Sequence record: NC_055709.1
Length of the DNA: 64,000 nt
Source of the DNA: Escherichia phage phiE142
Strand: one strand, 5' to 3'
Shown: piece after piece, positions 49,134 to 58,258 of the stretch
Layout of the letters: the number at the start of each line of letters is the position of its first letter
How positions within the stretch are numbered: position 1 is the stretch's first letter
Notes under the pieces: generated by a model
What the model was told of the DNA's origin: nothing
Seen by the model: the letters and a program-made list of their open reading frames with translations, nothing else
Database searches by the model: none
Translations under genes and position numbers: made by a program

Positions 49134-49550
49134 TTATGCAGCAACCATCTGCTTTTTAATAGCTTCAGGCAGTGATTCAATATATTCTGGAATTTTAGAA
49201 GCAACAATTTCGCCGGCTGCAATTAGCTGTTCGTCGGCATCAACACAGTAGAAATCTTCCAGACGCTCAGAACCATCTTTATCAAGAACGATTTTTCCAC
49301 CAGCTTCAATAGAATCTTTATAGTGCTTACGCATCAGATGAATCCACATATCAGATACATCGTTATCAATAAAACCATAAATCATAAAACGAGTTTCTTG
49401 TGGCAAAGATTGAAGCTTTTTAGCACTTGCGTCATCACAATGCAGGACCCATGCTTTACGAACACGATTATGGTTATGCGGGTTAGCGTCAGTACGGATA
49501 GAAGTAACTTTCAGATCAGCAGCAGTAAAACCTTTAGCAGTGGTAAACAT
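49134..49550 (-). CDS. rpbA: RNA polymerase-binding protein RpbA-like
   Basis: 138 aa at the T4 rpbA position between 45 and 46. Confidence 0.55.
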   Translation of the reverse strand: MFTTAKGFTAADLKVTSIRTDANPHNHNRVRKAWVLHCDDASAKKLQSLPQETRFMIYGFIDNDVSDMWIHLMRKHYKDSIEAGGKIVLDKDGSERLEDFYCVDADEQLIAAGEIVASKIPEYIESLPEAIKKQMVAA

Positions 49551-49562
49551 ATTATTTCTCTC

Positions 49563-49763
49563 TTATTCGTAGAAGTCGGTAACTGTCCATGCGGAATTGC
49601 GATTAGACATTATTTTATTATACTCATCTTTAAAAGCAGATTTGAGCATTTGTTCAGTAACAATATGTTCTTCACCTGAAAACGTATTGGTCAAAACATA
49701 TTTTTTAATTTCAGGGACAACGAGAAGATGTTGTCCGGTTGAATACTCCATGTTGTTCTCCAT
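49563..49763 (-). CDS. Hypothetical protein (66 aa; 45.2 position)
   Basis: ORF only. Confidence 0.45.
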   Translation of the reverse strand: MENNMEYSTGQHLLVVPEIKKYVLTNTFSGEEHIVTEQMLKSAFKDEYNKIMSNRNSAWTVTDFYE

Positions 49764-49805
49764 TTAATTTGATGTGGTCATTATAACCACATCATGTTAA
49801 AGCGT

Positions 49806-51494
49806 TTATGAAACAGTCATCACAGTAAATCGTCCAACTTTGCTCATTTGAAGATGTTGTCCATAACGTTGAGGGTCATGGTCTCGATGAGAGATAATGA
49901 ACACATTAGTATTTTGTAAACTTCCAAGAATGGTATCTATAGCCTTAACAGCTTCAGAATCAACTGCCCCATCAAAAACCTCATCAAGAATCAACGTGTT
50001 GATTTTAACACCAGAAACTTTTTCAGCAATATCTCGCCATGTAAACAACAATGCGATATCGATACGTGCCTTTTCACCTTGACTAAATGAAGCATAACTA
50101 AAATCTTCACGGCCACGTGATTTTATAGATTCATTGAATTCTTCGTCAATAGAAAACACGTAATCAGCTTCCATGATTTTAAGATAATGGTTAATCTGCT
50201 TGTTGAACAGAGGCACATATTTTTTAATGATAGCACCTTTAATACCAGAATCTTTTAACATATCTGTGATAATACCACGATGGTATTTTTCAAGAACAAT
50301 ATCCGATTTTGTTTTAATGATTTTATCAAGTTCTTTTTGAAGCAAAGCTATCTCATCGGCATGGTCGATAAATTCTGCTGAGGCTTGCTCTATTGCAGCT
50401 TTAACTTTCTTAGCTTTATCAATAGTGGCAATCATTGCTTGTTTCTTGGTACGAATATCAGATGCAAGGTCCTGTTTAGTCTTAACATTAGCTCTATATT
50501 CGTCCACTAGGACACTCAGATTATCTCTGTGGCAGGTAAGTTGCTCGAATGAGTGATTACATTCATGAAGCTTATCGGTAATCTTAGAGACAATAGGATC
50601 ACCCTGGTGCAACTGTGATGCGCAAGTAGGACATGTACCGCCATCATGATACATCTTAATAACTTTGTTGTATGAGTCAATTTTAGATTTAATCAAGAAT
50701 GCTTCTTGTCCTATCTTGTTGAATGCCTCAGTAGGGTCTTCATCAAGAACGATATTAAGTAGTCGCTCATTAGCTTCTTCGATCTCTGCTTTTAATGAAC
50801 GAGCTTCTTTGGCTAGGTCGTCATACATATTCTGTAGACGCGCTACATTATCACCAGATAATTTCTTTTGACGTTCGATATTCTCGTTATAAATCTTAAT
50901 TTGTTGGATAATACCATCTTTCTTGGCATCGAGAACTTGTCCCTGGGAATTAAGTTCTCGAACTTGAGACTTATTGATTTTATCCATTTCAGCGAGTGTG
51001 CCGACTTCTAAAAGGTCTTCGACAAGTTTTCTACGAGCAGGGGTGCTAAGAGCCATGAAAGGGGTATACCCTGCCGTCCCAAGCACAACGATCTGTTTAA
51101 AAGACGCGTATGACATTCCGATGCTACGTTCAAATTCTTCTTGGAAGTCACGACTGCTGGCAGATTCATCAAGACGAACACCGTCAACGGAGATTTCGAA
51201 AATATTGGGCTTTTGGCCACGTTTAATGAAGTATTTTTTATCATCGAATTCCATCCAAAGCTCAACTAAGAGCTCTTTCTTGTTCGTGCTATTAATGATT
51301 TGTCCTTTCTTAACATCACGAAATGGTTTACCGAAAAGTCCGAAAGTAATGGCTTCTAACATCGTAGATTTACCACCGCCATTTTTACCGGTGATTAATG
51401 TCTTTTGGACTTTATCTAATTGGATATCAATAGGATTCCCACCTACCGACATGATGTTTTGATAACGAACACGATTTAATTTAAATGATTTCAT
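49806..51494 (-). CDS. 46: Recombination endonuclease subunit gp46 (Rad50/SbcC-like ATPase)
   Basis: 562 aa; Walker A GKNGGGKST, coiled-coil middle, CxxC zinc hook, signature and D-loop at C-terminus. Confidence 0.88.
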   Translation of the reverse strand: MKSFKLNRVRYQNIMSVGGNPIDIQLDKVQKTLITGKNGGGKSTMLEAITFGLFGKPFRDVKKGQIINSTNKKELLVELWMEFDDKKYFIKRGQKPNIFEISVDGVRLDESASSRDFQEEFERSIGMSYASFKQIVVLGTAGYTPFMALSTPARRKLVEDLLEVGTLAEMDKINKSQVRELNSQGQVLDAKKDGIIQQIKIYNENIERQKKLSGDNVARLQNMYDDLAKEARSLKAEIEEANERLLNIVLDEDPTEAFNKIGQEAFLIKSKIDSYNKVIKMYHDGGTCPTCASQLHQGDPIVSKITDKLHECNHSFEQLTCHRDNLSVLVDEYRANVKTKQDLASDIRTKKQAMIATIDKAKKVKAAIEQASAEFIDHADEIALLQKELDKIIKTKSDIVLEKYHRGIITDMLKDSGIKGAIIKKYVPLFNKQINHYLKIMEADYVFSIDEEFNESIKSRGREDFSYASFSQGEKARIDIALLFTWRDIAEKVSGVKINTLILDEVFDGAVDSEAVKAIDTILGSLQNTNVFIISHRDHDPQRYGQHLQMSKVGRFTVMTVS

Positions 51495-51745
51495 ATGTAT
51501 TCTCTTCGAATGAAGTCCTCTACATATTTTAACATGTCATCTCTATCAGCAAAATATTCATCTAGTTCTGCATACATAACAACACCTGGTGCGTACTCGC
51601 AGGTAACATACATTGTTCCAAAGAAACGAGGAGTTGATTCCTCGTAATTCTCAGTCCATTCAACGATGCCAATATAACCGTCACCAATACTAAATTCATG
51701 ACGATGGATTTCATAATCAGTCTTCGTCATTATACGCATCCTCAA
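51491..51745 (-). CDS. Hypothetical protein (84 aa)
   Basis: ORF coupled to gp46. Confidence 0.5.
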   Translation of the reverse strand: MRMRIMTKTDYEIHRHEFSIGDGYIGIVEWTENYEESTPRFFGTMYVTCEYAPGVVMYAELDEYFADRDDMLKYVEDFIRREYI

Positions 51746-51974
51746 TACACGCTTCAGCCATTTTAAGAATAGAGCCAGGAGTATCGTTGTCCATTACATT
51801 AAAGCTAAATTCAATAGCCCAGTCGGTGCAGACATGAACTGCTTTAACTTCATTGCCTTCAACGCGTAATGGCTCAATCCAATACTTGATAGTGTTCTCG
51901 AATCCATCATCATCTTTAACGTCTATTTCAACTTCAAGCCCGAGCCCAGCATTGTTAAATTCATCTAAAGTCAT
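51717..51974 (-). CDS. Hypothetical protein (85 aa)
   Basis: ORF coupled to gp47. Confidence 0.5.
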   Translation of the reverse strand: MTLDEFNNAGLGLEVEIDVKDDDGFENTIKYWIEPLRVEGNEVKAVHVCTDWAIEFSFNVMDNDTPGSILKMAEACIEDAYNDED

Positions 51975-52990
51975 TGTGTTGCCTCAATATAAAGTTCGTT
52001 GGAATATTTGACCAGCGCTTCTCTGTCTTCGTCTGAGATATCTGGAATCGCGTCAATATATTCTTTAATGATATCTTGAAGTGATTTAATCTCGATTTCC
52101 TGGTCGTCATCAGATTCAACACTGTTATCAACTTTAGAAACCATACGAAGAGAGTGAACTACTTTTTCAAGTTCAGATTCAAACTTAGTCAACTCTGAAT
52201 CAATTTCTGATACTATAACACGTAAGGCTAGATTAGTATAATCAGAATAATTGATTTTGCCTTTAAACGGATAAGTGATTCGTCGATGCCATGTTGTTTC
52301 ATTAGGAATAAATTCCATACGTTCAACGTCAGTGTCAAATACCCAGAATCCGCGAGGATCATTCTCATCACCTGCAGTAAGGGTCCATGGTGTCCCAATA
52401 TATTTGACGTTAGCAGCTTCAGAGATTGTGTGGAAGTGGCCGGACCAGACTTGTTTATAGGTCTTTAAGAAATCAGGTTCAAGCCCATGAGACTTCATTC
52501 CTTTATAGAAATAGAAGCCGTTCAGTTCCCAGTGTCCAACACAATACGCAGCAGAAGAAGTCTTGATGTGCTCTAAGATTTCACCTGTATTTTCTTCACA
52601 CATCCATGGAACGATATCAATCAGACATCCGTCAAAATCTACAGTAGTTGGATGTTCATAAATAGTAAAGTTTTCAAATTGAGTTAACAATTCAGAAACA
52701 GTGTTAGGTGTTATTGTATTCTTAAACGCCATGTCATGGTTTCCTATCGTGACATGAACGTGAATGCCTGCTTTAGAAATCATATCAACGATTTCACGAT
52801 TGAATTCCATTGTACGATGTGTTATTGCTTTACGGACGTCAAACCAATCACCGTACTGAATCCAAGTTTTAATCCCGTGTTTCTTAGAGTATTCAATTGC
52901 TTGTCGAATACCATCACGTTGAATATCTTGAACCCACGGGTCGTCTTGTTTGACTCCGATATGGAAGTCGCCTAAGTGCAAAATTTTCAT
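51971..52990 (-). CDS. 47: Recombination nuclease subunit gp47 (Mre11/SbcD-like)
   Basis: 339 aa; MKILHLGDFH phosphoesterase motif I, GNHD, GHWE/GHFH motifs. Confidence 0.88.
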   Translation of the reverse strand: MKILHLGDFHIGVKQDDPWVQDIQRDGIRQAIEYSKKHGIKTWIQYGDWFDVRKAITHRTMEFNREIVDMISKAGIHVHVTIGNHDMAFKNTITPNTVSELLTQFENFTIYEHPTTVDFDGCLIDIVPWMCEENTGEILEHIKTSSAAYCVGHWELNGFYFYKGMKSHGLEPDFLKTYKQVWSGHFHTISEAANVKYIGTPWTLTAGDENDPRGFWVFDTDVERMEFIPNETTWHRRITYPFKGKINYSDYTNLALRVIVSEIDSELTKFESELEKVVHSLRMVSKVDNSVESDDDQEIEIKSLQDIIKEYIDAIPDISDEDREALVKYSNELYIEATQ

Positions 52991-53030
52991 ATTATTTCCT
53001 CATTAGTTAATTCATTCTATCATCCGTTTA

Positions 53031-53060
53031 TAAAGCAAAAAAGGAACTCCGAAGAGTTCC
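53031..53060 (-). terminator. Rho-independent terminator
   Basis: Minus strand GGAACTCTTCGGAGTTCC followed by TTTTTTGCTTTAT. Confidence 0.6.
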
Positions 53061-53233
53061 TATCCACATAGTACACCATACAGAGGCTCATTTGAACTTT
53101 TAAATCGAATGGGCTTGTACGTAATAGTTCCTTCGGCTTTAGCTTTATCATAAGACTCTTTAAAACGTCTCATTCTTTCTGCTTTGCCTTTACGGATTTT
53201 ATCGAAATTTTCAGAAGTCGGGATGTTCGTCAT
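53060..53233 (-). CDS. Hypothetical small protein (57 aa)
   Basis: ATG with GAGAGGTG ribosome-binding site, terminator directly downstream; under 60 aa so absent from track. Confidence 0.4.
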   Translation of the reverse strand: MTNIPTSENFDKIRKGKAERMRRFKESYDKAKAEGTITYKPIRFKSSNEPLYGVLCG

Positions 53234-53272
53234 GCATAAGCACCTCTCAGAAAATGTCTAAATCAATTTCTC

Positions 53273-53494
53273 TCATCGTTTCCACCATTTCTTAACTTGA
53301 AATGAATCGACCCACACGAGTTGTTTTGGGTCTGCCTTTACAATAGGCGGACAAATTTCTGTAATAGAACCATCATGATATTCCTTTTCAGAAATTTTAA
53401 CACAAAGAGGACCTCCCAATTTAATGGTGAACCCCGCGTTCAGCTTCAGACGTTTAAACTTTGTTTGAACTAGCGCCATTAATAATGTCCTCAA
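53273..53494 (-). CDS. Hypothetical protein (73 aa)
   Basis: ORF only. Confidence 0.45.
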   Translation of the reverse strand: MRTLLMALVQTKFKRLKLNAGFTIKLGGPLCVKISEKEYHDGSITEICPPIVKADPKQLVWVDSFQVKKWWKR

Positions 53495-53777
53495 TAGCCT
53501 GACGAGTAGTAACCCATTGGATTTTAATTAACTTGTCATTATATGGTTGTCGTAGAATATCCCGAGATTTCTTAATAGCATATTCGTAAGCTTCGAAGTT
53601 GTTTTGAATTGCTGCTTCTTGAGCATGAGCATAAAGACGGTTTAGTTCAAAACGATTCTTTTTAAGAATCTTTTCGGATTTTTTACGTGCTTCAGCTTCA
53701 TTTTTCTTTTGGATTTCTTGTAGCATTTTAGCTACTGCATCTTCTGCTTCTTTATTTTCAATAATCTCAGTATTCAT
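53454..53777 (-). CDS. Hypothetical protein (107 aa, coiled-coil rich)
   Basis: ORF only. Confidence 0.5.
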   Translation of the reverse strand: MNTEIIENKEAEDAVAKMLQEIQKKNEAEARKKSEKILKKNRFELNRLYAHAQEAAIQNNFEAYEYAIKKSRDILRQPYNDKLIKIQWVTTRQAIEDIINGASSNKV

Positions 53778-53778
53778 A

Positions 53779-53988
53779 TTATCTCATTAAATTAAAATAA
53801 AAACGTCCATCCTCTTCAATACAGAACTCATACTCAACTGGAGTCCCATTTATCGAAAATGACACGTCATGTGGGTTCAAAGGGTCGATGTCAAAATTAA
53901 TTTTAAATTCACGACCCAACAGTTTTACCAAATAAGGGATTGCTTCGTCAAAAGGTTCTTCTAAGTAGTTAGAGATGTCAATTGTCAT
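53779..53988 (-). CDS. Hypothetical protein (about 70 aa; 55.1 position)
   Basis: Start taken at internal ATG just downstream of gp55 stop. Confidence 0.45.
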   Translation of the reverse strand: MTIDISNYLEEPFDEAIPYLVKLLGREFKINFDIDPLNPHDVSFSINGTPVEYEFCIEEDGRFYFNLMR

Positions 53989-54535
53989 CCTCATATAAAA
54001 AATCCAAACTAGGCGAATCGCTAACAACTTCCTTCTTTTCAGCCCCAGGAGCTTTATAAGCGGATTCTTCATAATGCGTCATTTTATCGTAGATGTCTTG
54101 AATAAACGTTTCATCTACCAACGCTACCATATCATCGTCATGACTGTCGTAGACATTATGAACGAAGTAACTATATTTCTTTGCAACTTCCTTACGCTCT
54201 TTTTTGATACGTTGGACAAAAGCATTAAAACAAGCTCGAGTTATGTATGCATGTGGGTTATTGTACTTAGTTTCGTCGAAATTATGAAGTCCCTTAATAG
54301 AGGCTTCAATCCCATCTGCAATCATCTCCTGCTTCCAAGACTGGGTATATCCTGAAAAGTTGAAACGTTTGGACAGGCCTTCGGCGATAAGCATAATTGC
54401 TAAACCGATGGTATCATTCTGACGAATAATTTTGTTTGGGTCTTTATTATTTAAGAGCTCCTTTTTCCACTCGATTATAGCGGCGAGAAGCTCTTTATTA
54501 TTCACATAGTTATTTTTAGGTTTTTGTTCAGTCAT
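53978..54535 (-). CDS. 55: Late-transcription sigma factor gp55
   Basis: Matches T4 gp55 ([31 protein letters not shown]); start taken at 7th residue Met to give 185 aa. Confidence 0.88.
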   Translation of the reverse strand: MTEQKPKNNYVNNKELLAAIIEWKKELLNNKDPNKIIRQNDTIGLAIMLIAEGLSKRFNFSGYTQSWKQEMIADGIEASIKGLHNFDETKYNNPHAYITRACFNAFVQRIKKERKEVAKKYSYFVHNVYDSHDDDMVALVDETFIQDIYDKMTHYEESAYKAPGAEKKEVVSDSPSLDFLYEDDN

Positions 54536-54690
54536 AAGTACCTCTTGGCTCAATTCATAGGTCTATTATATCATAATATTTAGAGACCTATTTTAAAGCA
54601 CGAGATACTATCAAAGATACGTAACTTTCATAAAGTTGACGACTTAAAATTAACCAAACTTTTCTTCGGTTATAGCAATTCGAGATAGTT

Positions 54691-54918
54691 TCATTCTAAT
54701 TCCTTTGCTGCAAATAAGGCAGCATCCAATGAATCAAATTGATCGACGAAATCAATATTCAACGCATCGTCAACCGTAGCATATAACCACCATTGTTTGA
54801 ATTCGTATTCTAGAATAAATCCAGGACCTTCAATCTGAGGAAGACCTAGACTATTTGTACCAACTTCGTAACCAGCTAGACGCAGGTCATTAATCAAAGT
54901 TTCTGTTAATACGCTCAT
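54691..54918 (-). CDS. Hypothetical protein (75 aa)
   Basis: ORF only. Confidence 0.45.
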   Translation of the reverse strand: MSVLTETLINDLRLAGYEVGTNSLGLPQIEGPGFILEYEFKQWWLYATVDDALNIDFVDQFDSLDAALFAAKELE

Positions 54919-55295
54919 TTTGCCGCCTTAACAATTTTCAGGTCAACGAATTTTTTCTTACGTTGATTTTTCATACGACGGATAGTCTTTTCAGAGATTT
55001 CATGTTTCTGATAAGCTTTAGATTCAACACCAAATGCAGCAACGTCAAATTCAGAAAGAATATATTGTACTAGAATTTCACGAATAGAATTACGTCCAAT
55101 TTTCTGGTCGTGTTTTTGCATGATTTCATAAAGACGGAATTCCCACGCATCAAGAACTTGAGGAGTAACAATATTGCCAGATTCCAGAAGAGCAACAACT
55201 TTATCGAAAGCGAAAGAATTAACTACGTTTTTGATTTTAGTAGACATATTATTTTCCTCGGTTATTTTAATATCCAACGAGAGAATTATACTCAT
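54915..55295 (-). CDS. Hypothetical protein (126 aa)
   Basis: ORF only. Confidence 0.5.
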   Translation of the reverse strand: MSIILSLDIKITEENNMSTKIKNVVNSFAFDKVVALLESGNIVTPQVLDAWEFRLYEIMQKHDQKIGRNSIREILVQYILSEFDVAAFGVESKAYQKHEISEKTIRRMKNQRKKKFVDLKIVKAAK

Positions 55296-55554
55296 CTCTC
55301 AAGAGTTTGTATACTATTTTTTTAAGCATGAAAAGTAAGTAATTTGTATCACGTGGAGTAATATCAACACCCATATCAAAGATGCCTTTATGGATTGGGT
55401 ATTTGTTTTCGGTTGTATCGAAGCTGAAACTATTTCCATCACATCTAACAGTAATAGCATCTGTTAAAATGTCATACTCAATCCTAACAATTGAATCCCC
55501 AATTTTAACGTCGAGGTGTTTTTTGAATTTGATAAAATCTAATTCTTGGGCCAT
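55267..55554 (-). CDS. Hypothetical protein (95 aa)
   Basis: ORF only. Confidence 0.45.
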   Translation of the reverse strand: MAQELDFIKFKKHLDVKIGDSIVRIEYDILTDAITVRCDGNSFSFDTTENKYPIHKGIFDMGVDITPRDTNYLLFMLKKIVYKLLRDEYNSLVGY

Positions 55555-55617
55555 GATATTTTCCTCATTTTAAGACGATAGGAAGTCATGTTATTATCTT
55601 CCTATCGTTGTACATTA

Positions 55618-55830
55618 TTAACCGAACTTTTTAGCGCCTTTCCAGCCTTCGTACATAACTGCGCAAGTCAATAGCACAGCATGTTGACATTCTTTGTATT
55701 TGTAAATCCAGAACCAGCGTAAAAAGTCTTCATCCTCAACGCCGTTGAGTTTCATGTTGGCAAAGAATTCGGCACGTTCTTCACGAAGTTGCCATGACAC
55801 AATATTTTCAGGATTCATTTTGTGTTCCAC
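55618..55830 (-). CDS. Hypothetical protein (70 aa)
   Basis: ORF only. Confidence 0.4.
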   Translation of the reverse strand: MEHKMNPENIVSWQLREERAEFFANMKLNGVEDEDFLRWFWIYKYKECQHAVLLTCAVMYEGWKGAKKFG

Positions 55831-56042
55831 GCCCCGTTTTCATCGATGAACTTAATCCAGTCATTTACAGGCCATTTAGTTGTATCACCCTTTGGATTAA
55901 CATTTAAAGTATATAATCCCTGCTTAAAAAGCATTCGTTTGATATTCATAATTTCCTCAACTGTAACGGTAACATTCGTTAGCTTTACGTTTGGCTTCAG
56001 TATGAGAAGTATTATAATCATACTCTTCTTTACTGTAAACAT
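55815..56042 (-). CDS. Hypothetical protein (75 aa)
   Basis: ORF only. Confidence 0.4.
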   Translation of the reverse strand: MFTVKKSMIIILLILKPNVKLTNVTVTVEEIMNIKRMLFKQGLYTLNVNPKGDTTKWPVNDWIKFIDENGAWNTK

Positions 56043-56277
56043 CTTTTTTCAACTTACGAACTTCTTTGCGGAGTTGTCGATTCATTTCATTCTTGACTTC
56101 AGAATCAACGCCTTTCATACGTTTCCATTTATCTGAGCGGAAGATGTTTTCAACCATGTCTTTGTGGCTAACACCGTCAGGAGCTTTACGTTTACCAAAA
56201 TAGTCGTAATCACGAACTTTCAAATCTTTACGACGATACGTTTTACCCATAAGTACCTCAGAGGTTGATTGATACAA
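55957..56277 (-). CDS. Hypothetical basic protein (106 aa)
   Basis: Lys/Arg-rich ORF. Confidence 0.45.
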   Translation of the reverse strand: MYQSTSEVLMGKTYRRKDLKVRDYDYFGKRKAPDGVSHKDMVENIFRSDKWKRMKGVDSEVKNEMNRQLRKEVRKLKKDVYSKEEYDYNTSHTEAKRKANECYRYS

Positions 56278-56506
56278 TGCGTTTGATAAAATTCACTTCA
56301 CTTACTGAAAGGTCTTTAAGACCGATTGATTCTAAACGCTGAGTAAGCGTCAACATCGGGATATAATCCCAATGAGTTTTATTTGCTTGATAAGTACGAA
56401 CGCCATTAGCAATTTCAACATGCAAATCGGAAATGGTAACGAATACCAGACGCTCGTCATTAACTTTAAGGGTTAGAACAACTTTCTTTGAATCTAAACT
56501 AATCAT
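56258..56506 (-). CDS. Hypothetical protein (82 aa)
   Basis: ORF only. Confidence 0.45.
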   Translation of the reverse strand: MISLDSKKVVLTLKVNDERLVFVTISDLHVEIANGVRTYQANKTHWDYIPMLTLTQRLESIGLKDLSVSEVNFIKRIVSINL

Positions 56507-56724
56507 GTCTTAATTTCCTTCGCAATTGAACAGAAGATACCACGGTCACAAAGCATTTCACCAATTTCTGGATATTTGATTGAACGGTACCAAACATCCA
56601 GGCTTGAAACTTTGGTTATCTGTACTGCATTACCGTTGACCGAATAGTACTGGTCAACCTTAATTTCTTTATCTTCAATTGTCATTTTATTTTCCTCTAT
56701 AGTAGATGGTGTTAATCTTAACAT
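56503..56724 (-). CDS. Hypothetical protein (73 aa)
   Basis: ORF only. Confidence 0.45.
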   Translation of the reverse strand: MLRLTPSTIEENKMTIEDKEIKVDQYYSVNGNAVQITKVSSLDVWYRSIKYPEIGEMLCDRGIFCSIAKEIKT

Positions 56725-56852
56725 ATCTATCGAGGATGTAAACTGTTTTATGAAAATATTTTTTGATTTGAGAGGGGCACAAGGAGATAGTGAAGTGAAG
56801 ATTCCAATGGATTATATTAGAAATGAGATAAAGAAGACCAGGCGGCACCTGG

Positions 56853-57176
56853 TCAATCTTCTATGATATCAGAGTCATATCCTAATGAAATCAAGGACTT
56901 TTTAAACTCTGCAATATTCTTTTGTTTCTTATCATTTAAAAATATGACAGGATAACGAATATTAAGTGAAGTGAATCCTGCACGTTTAGCAAGAGATACG
57001 ATTAAAGGACGGTCATATTCAATCTTACCATTATTAGTGAGGACTTTATAAAATGTATAAGGAGCATTGAGCTCCTTTAAAAGTTTTGTAACAGTATAAC
57101 ATCCTGGACAACGTCCAACTTCTTCAGGGATGCCGTAGATTTCAATCTTATTCTTTAAGTTCGAGTTTTGTTCCAC
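56853..57176 (-). CDS. Glutaredoxin-like protein (NrdH-like)
   Basis: KIEIYGIPEEVGRCPGCY thioredoxin-fold active site; no in-frame ATG near the domain, start provisionally at GTG 57176. Confidence 0.5.
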   Translation of the reverse strand: MEQNSNLKNKIEIYGIPEEVGRCPGCYTVTKLLKELNAPYTFYKVLTNNGKIEYDRPLIVSLAKRAGFTSLNIRYPVIFLNDKKQKNIAEFKKSLISLGYDSDIIED

Positions 57177-57459
57177 GAGAAATAATTCCTTGGTAAGCCC
57201 AATAAGGAGGATTAACAGAATCCTCACCAGAGTTTTCTTCAGGAAAATAAACCTGGATAACGAAGCCGGATTCATCAAAGGTAAAATAAACCGTAGGCAG
57301 TTCACCTAACAAATCGGCACGAGCGTTGATTTCTTCGAGGTCTTGTTCACGTCCAGCCCAGAAGCTTGGGTTCAGACTACATTCATAGAAATAATAGTCA
57401 TTACCGAACATATCAAAACCATTCCAACTCTCTACCACATACCGCTCAAAACTAATCAT
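57148..57459 (-). CDS. Hypothetical protein (103 aa)
   Basis: ORF overlapping start of glutaredoxin-like gene. Confidence 0.5.
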   Translation of the reverse strand: MISFERYVVESWNGFDMFGNDYYFYECSLNPSFWAGREQDLEEINARADLLGELPTVYFTFDESGFVIQVYFPEENSGEDSVNPPYWAYQGIISRGTKLELKE

Positions 57460-57461
57460 AA

Positions 57462-57677
57462 TTAAGCCTTTTTATCAAGAACAGAATTCAGTTTATTAGT
57501 AATTTTGTCCAAACGTTCATTGAATTCGCTGGAGGATAAACCCTTTTCTGGAGAAATTAAACTAATCACGAAAAATACACCAGTAAAAGGAATAAGAAAA
57601 ATAGCTCCAACTGCCATAAACAAAAAGAACGTTACAGTTGTAAGAAAATCAGCTAAACCTTTACGAAATTTGTACAT
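57462..57677 (-). CDS. Hypothetical small membrane protein (71 aa)
   Basis: Hydrophobic N-terminal segment. Confidence 0.45.
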   Translation of the reverse strand: MYKFRKGLADFLTTVTFFLFMAVGAIFLIPFTGVFFVISLISPEKGLSSSEFNERLDKITNKLNSVLDKKA

Positions 57678-57787
57678 ATTTACCCTTAATTAACTAAGCA
57701 TTGATAATCATTAAACTATATTGCGAATAAAATTCTGGACCAAAACGAAAAATCATATCATTTATAGTATCCATAATGTAATTCAAT

Positions 57788-58258
57788 TTAATCATGTTTC
57801 CACACCCCATCGGTATTTGACCAAAGACGCTGATTATCTGATCCTCGCCACAGTTTTTTGGTCGGAAGATTTTTCTCATACTTCCCATCAATAATAACAT
57901 CAACATATTTAAGCATTTCTAGTTGTTTAATATCTTCAAACTTATATCCTGTCCACAACCAAATGCTTTTATTAGGATAAAGATTTTTTACTGTTTGAGC
58001 AATGCGATGAATAACATCTCGGTTATCAGGATAGAGAGGGTCTCCTCCGGTTATAGTTAATCCTTCTATATAATCATTATTCAAACATTCAATCAATTGT
58101 TCTAGTGTTTCACCAGTGAATGGAATACCATTTCTAGCATTCCATGTTGATTTATTATAACACCCTTCGCATTTATGCAAACAACCTGTAACGAAAAGAA
58201 CGACCCTGCATCCAGGGCCATTCACAAAATCGCAAGGATAAAATCTATCATAATTCAT
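57788..58258 (-). CDS. nrdG: Anaerobic ribonucleotide reductase activating protein NrdG (radical SAM)
   Basis: 156 aa; CDFVNGPGCRVVLFVTGCLHKCEGC cysteine motifs. Confidence 0.9.
   Translation of the reverse strand: MNYDRFYPCDFVNGPGCRVVLFVTGCLHKCEGCYNKSTWNARNGIPFTGETLEQLIECLNNDYIEGLTITGGDPLYPDNRDVIHRIAQTVKNLYPNKSIWLWTGYKFEDIKQLEMLKYVDVIIDGKYEKNLPTKKLWRGSDNQRLWSNTDGVWKHD

Noticed and set aside
56853-57305. 150-aa version of the glutaredoxin-like ORF
   Set aside because: The N-terminal 43 residues are the out-of-frame translation of the upstream 103-aa gene; only the thioredoxin-fold portion was kept.
57694-57906. 70-aa minus-strand ORF in the track
   Set aside because: Overlaps the 3' part of nrdG in another frame and has no ribosome-binding site; most likely a shadow ORF.
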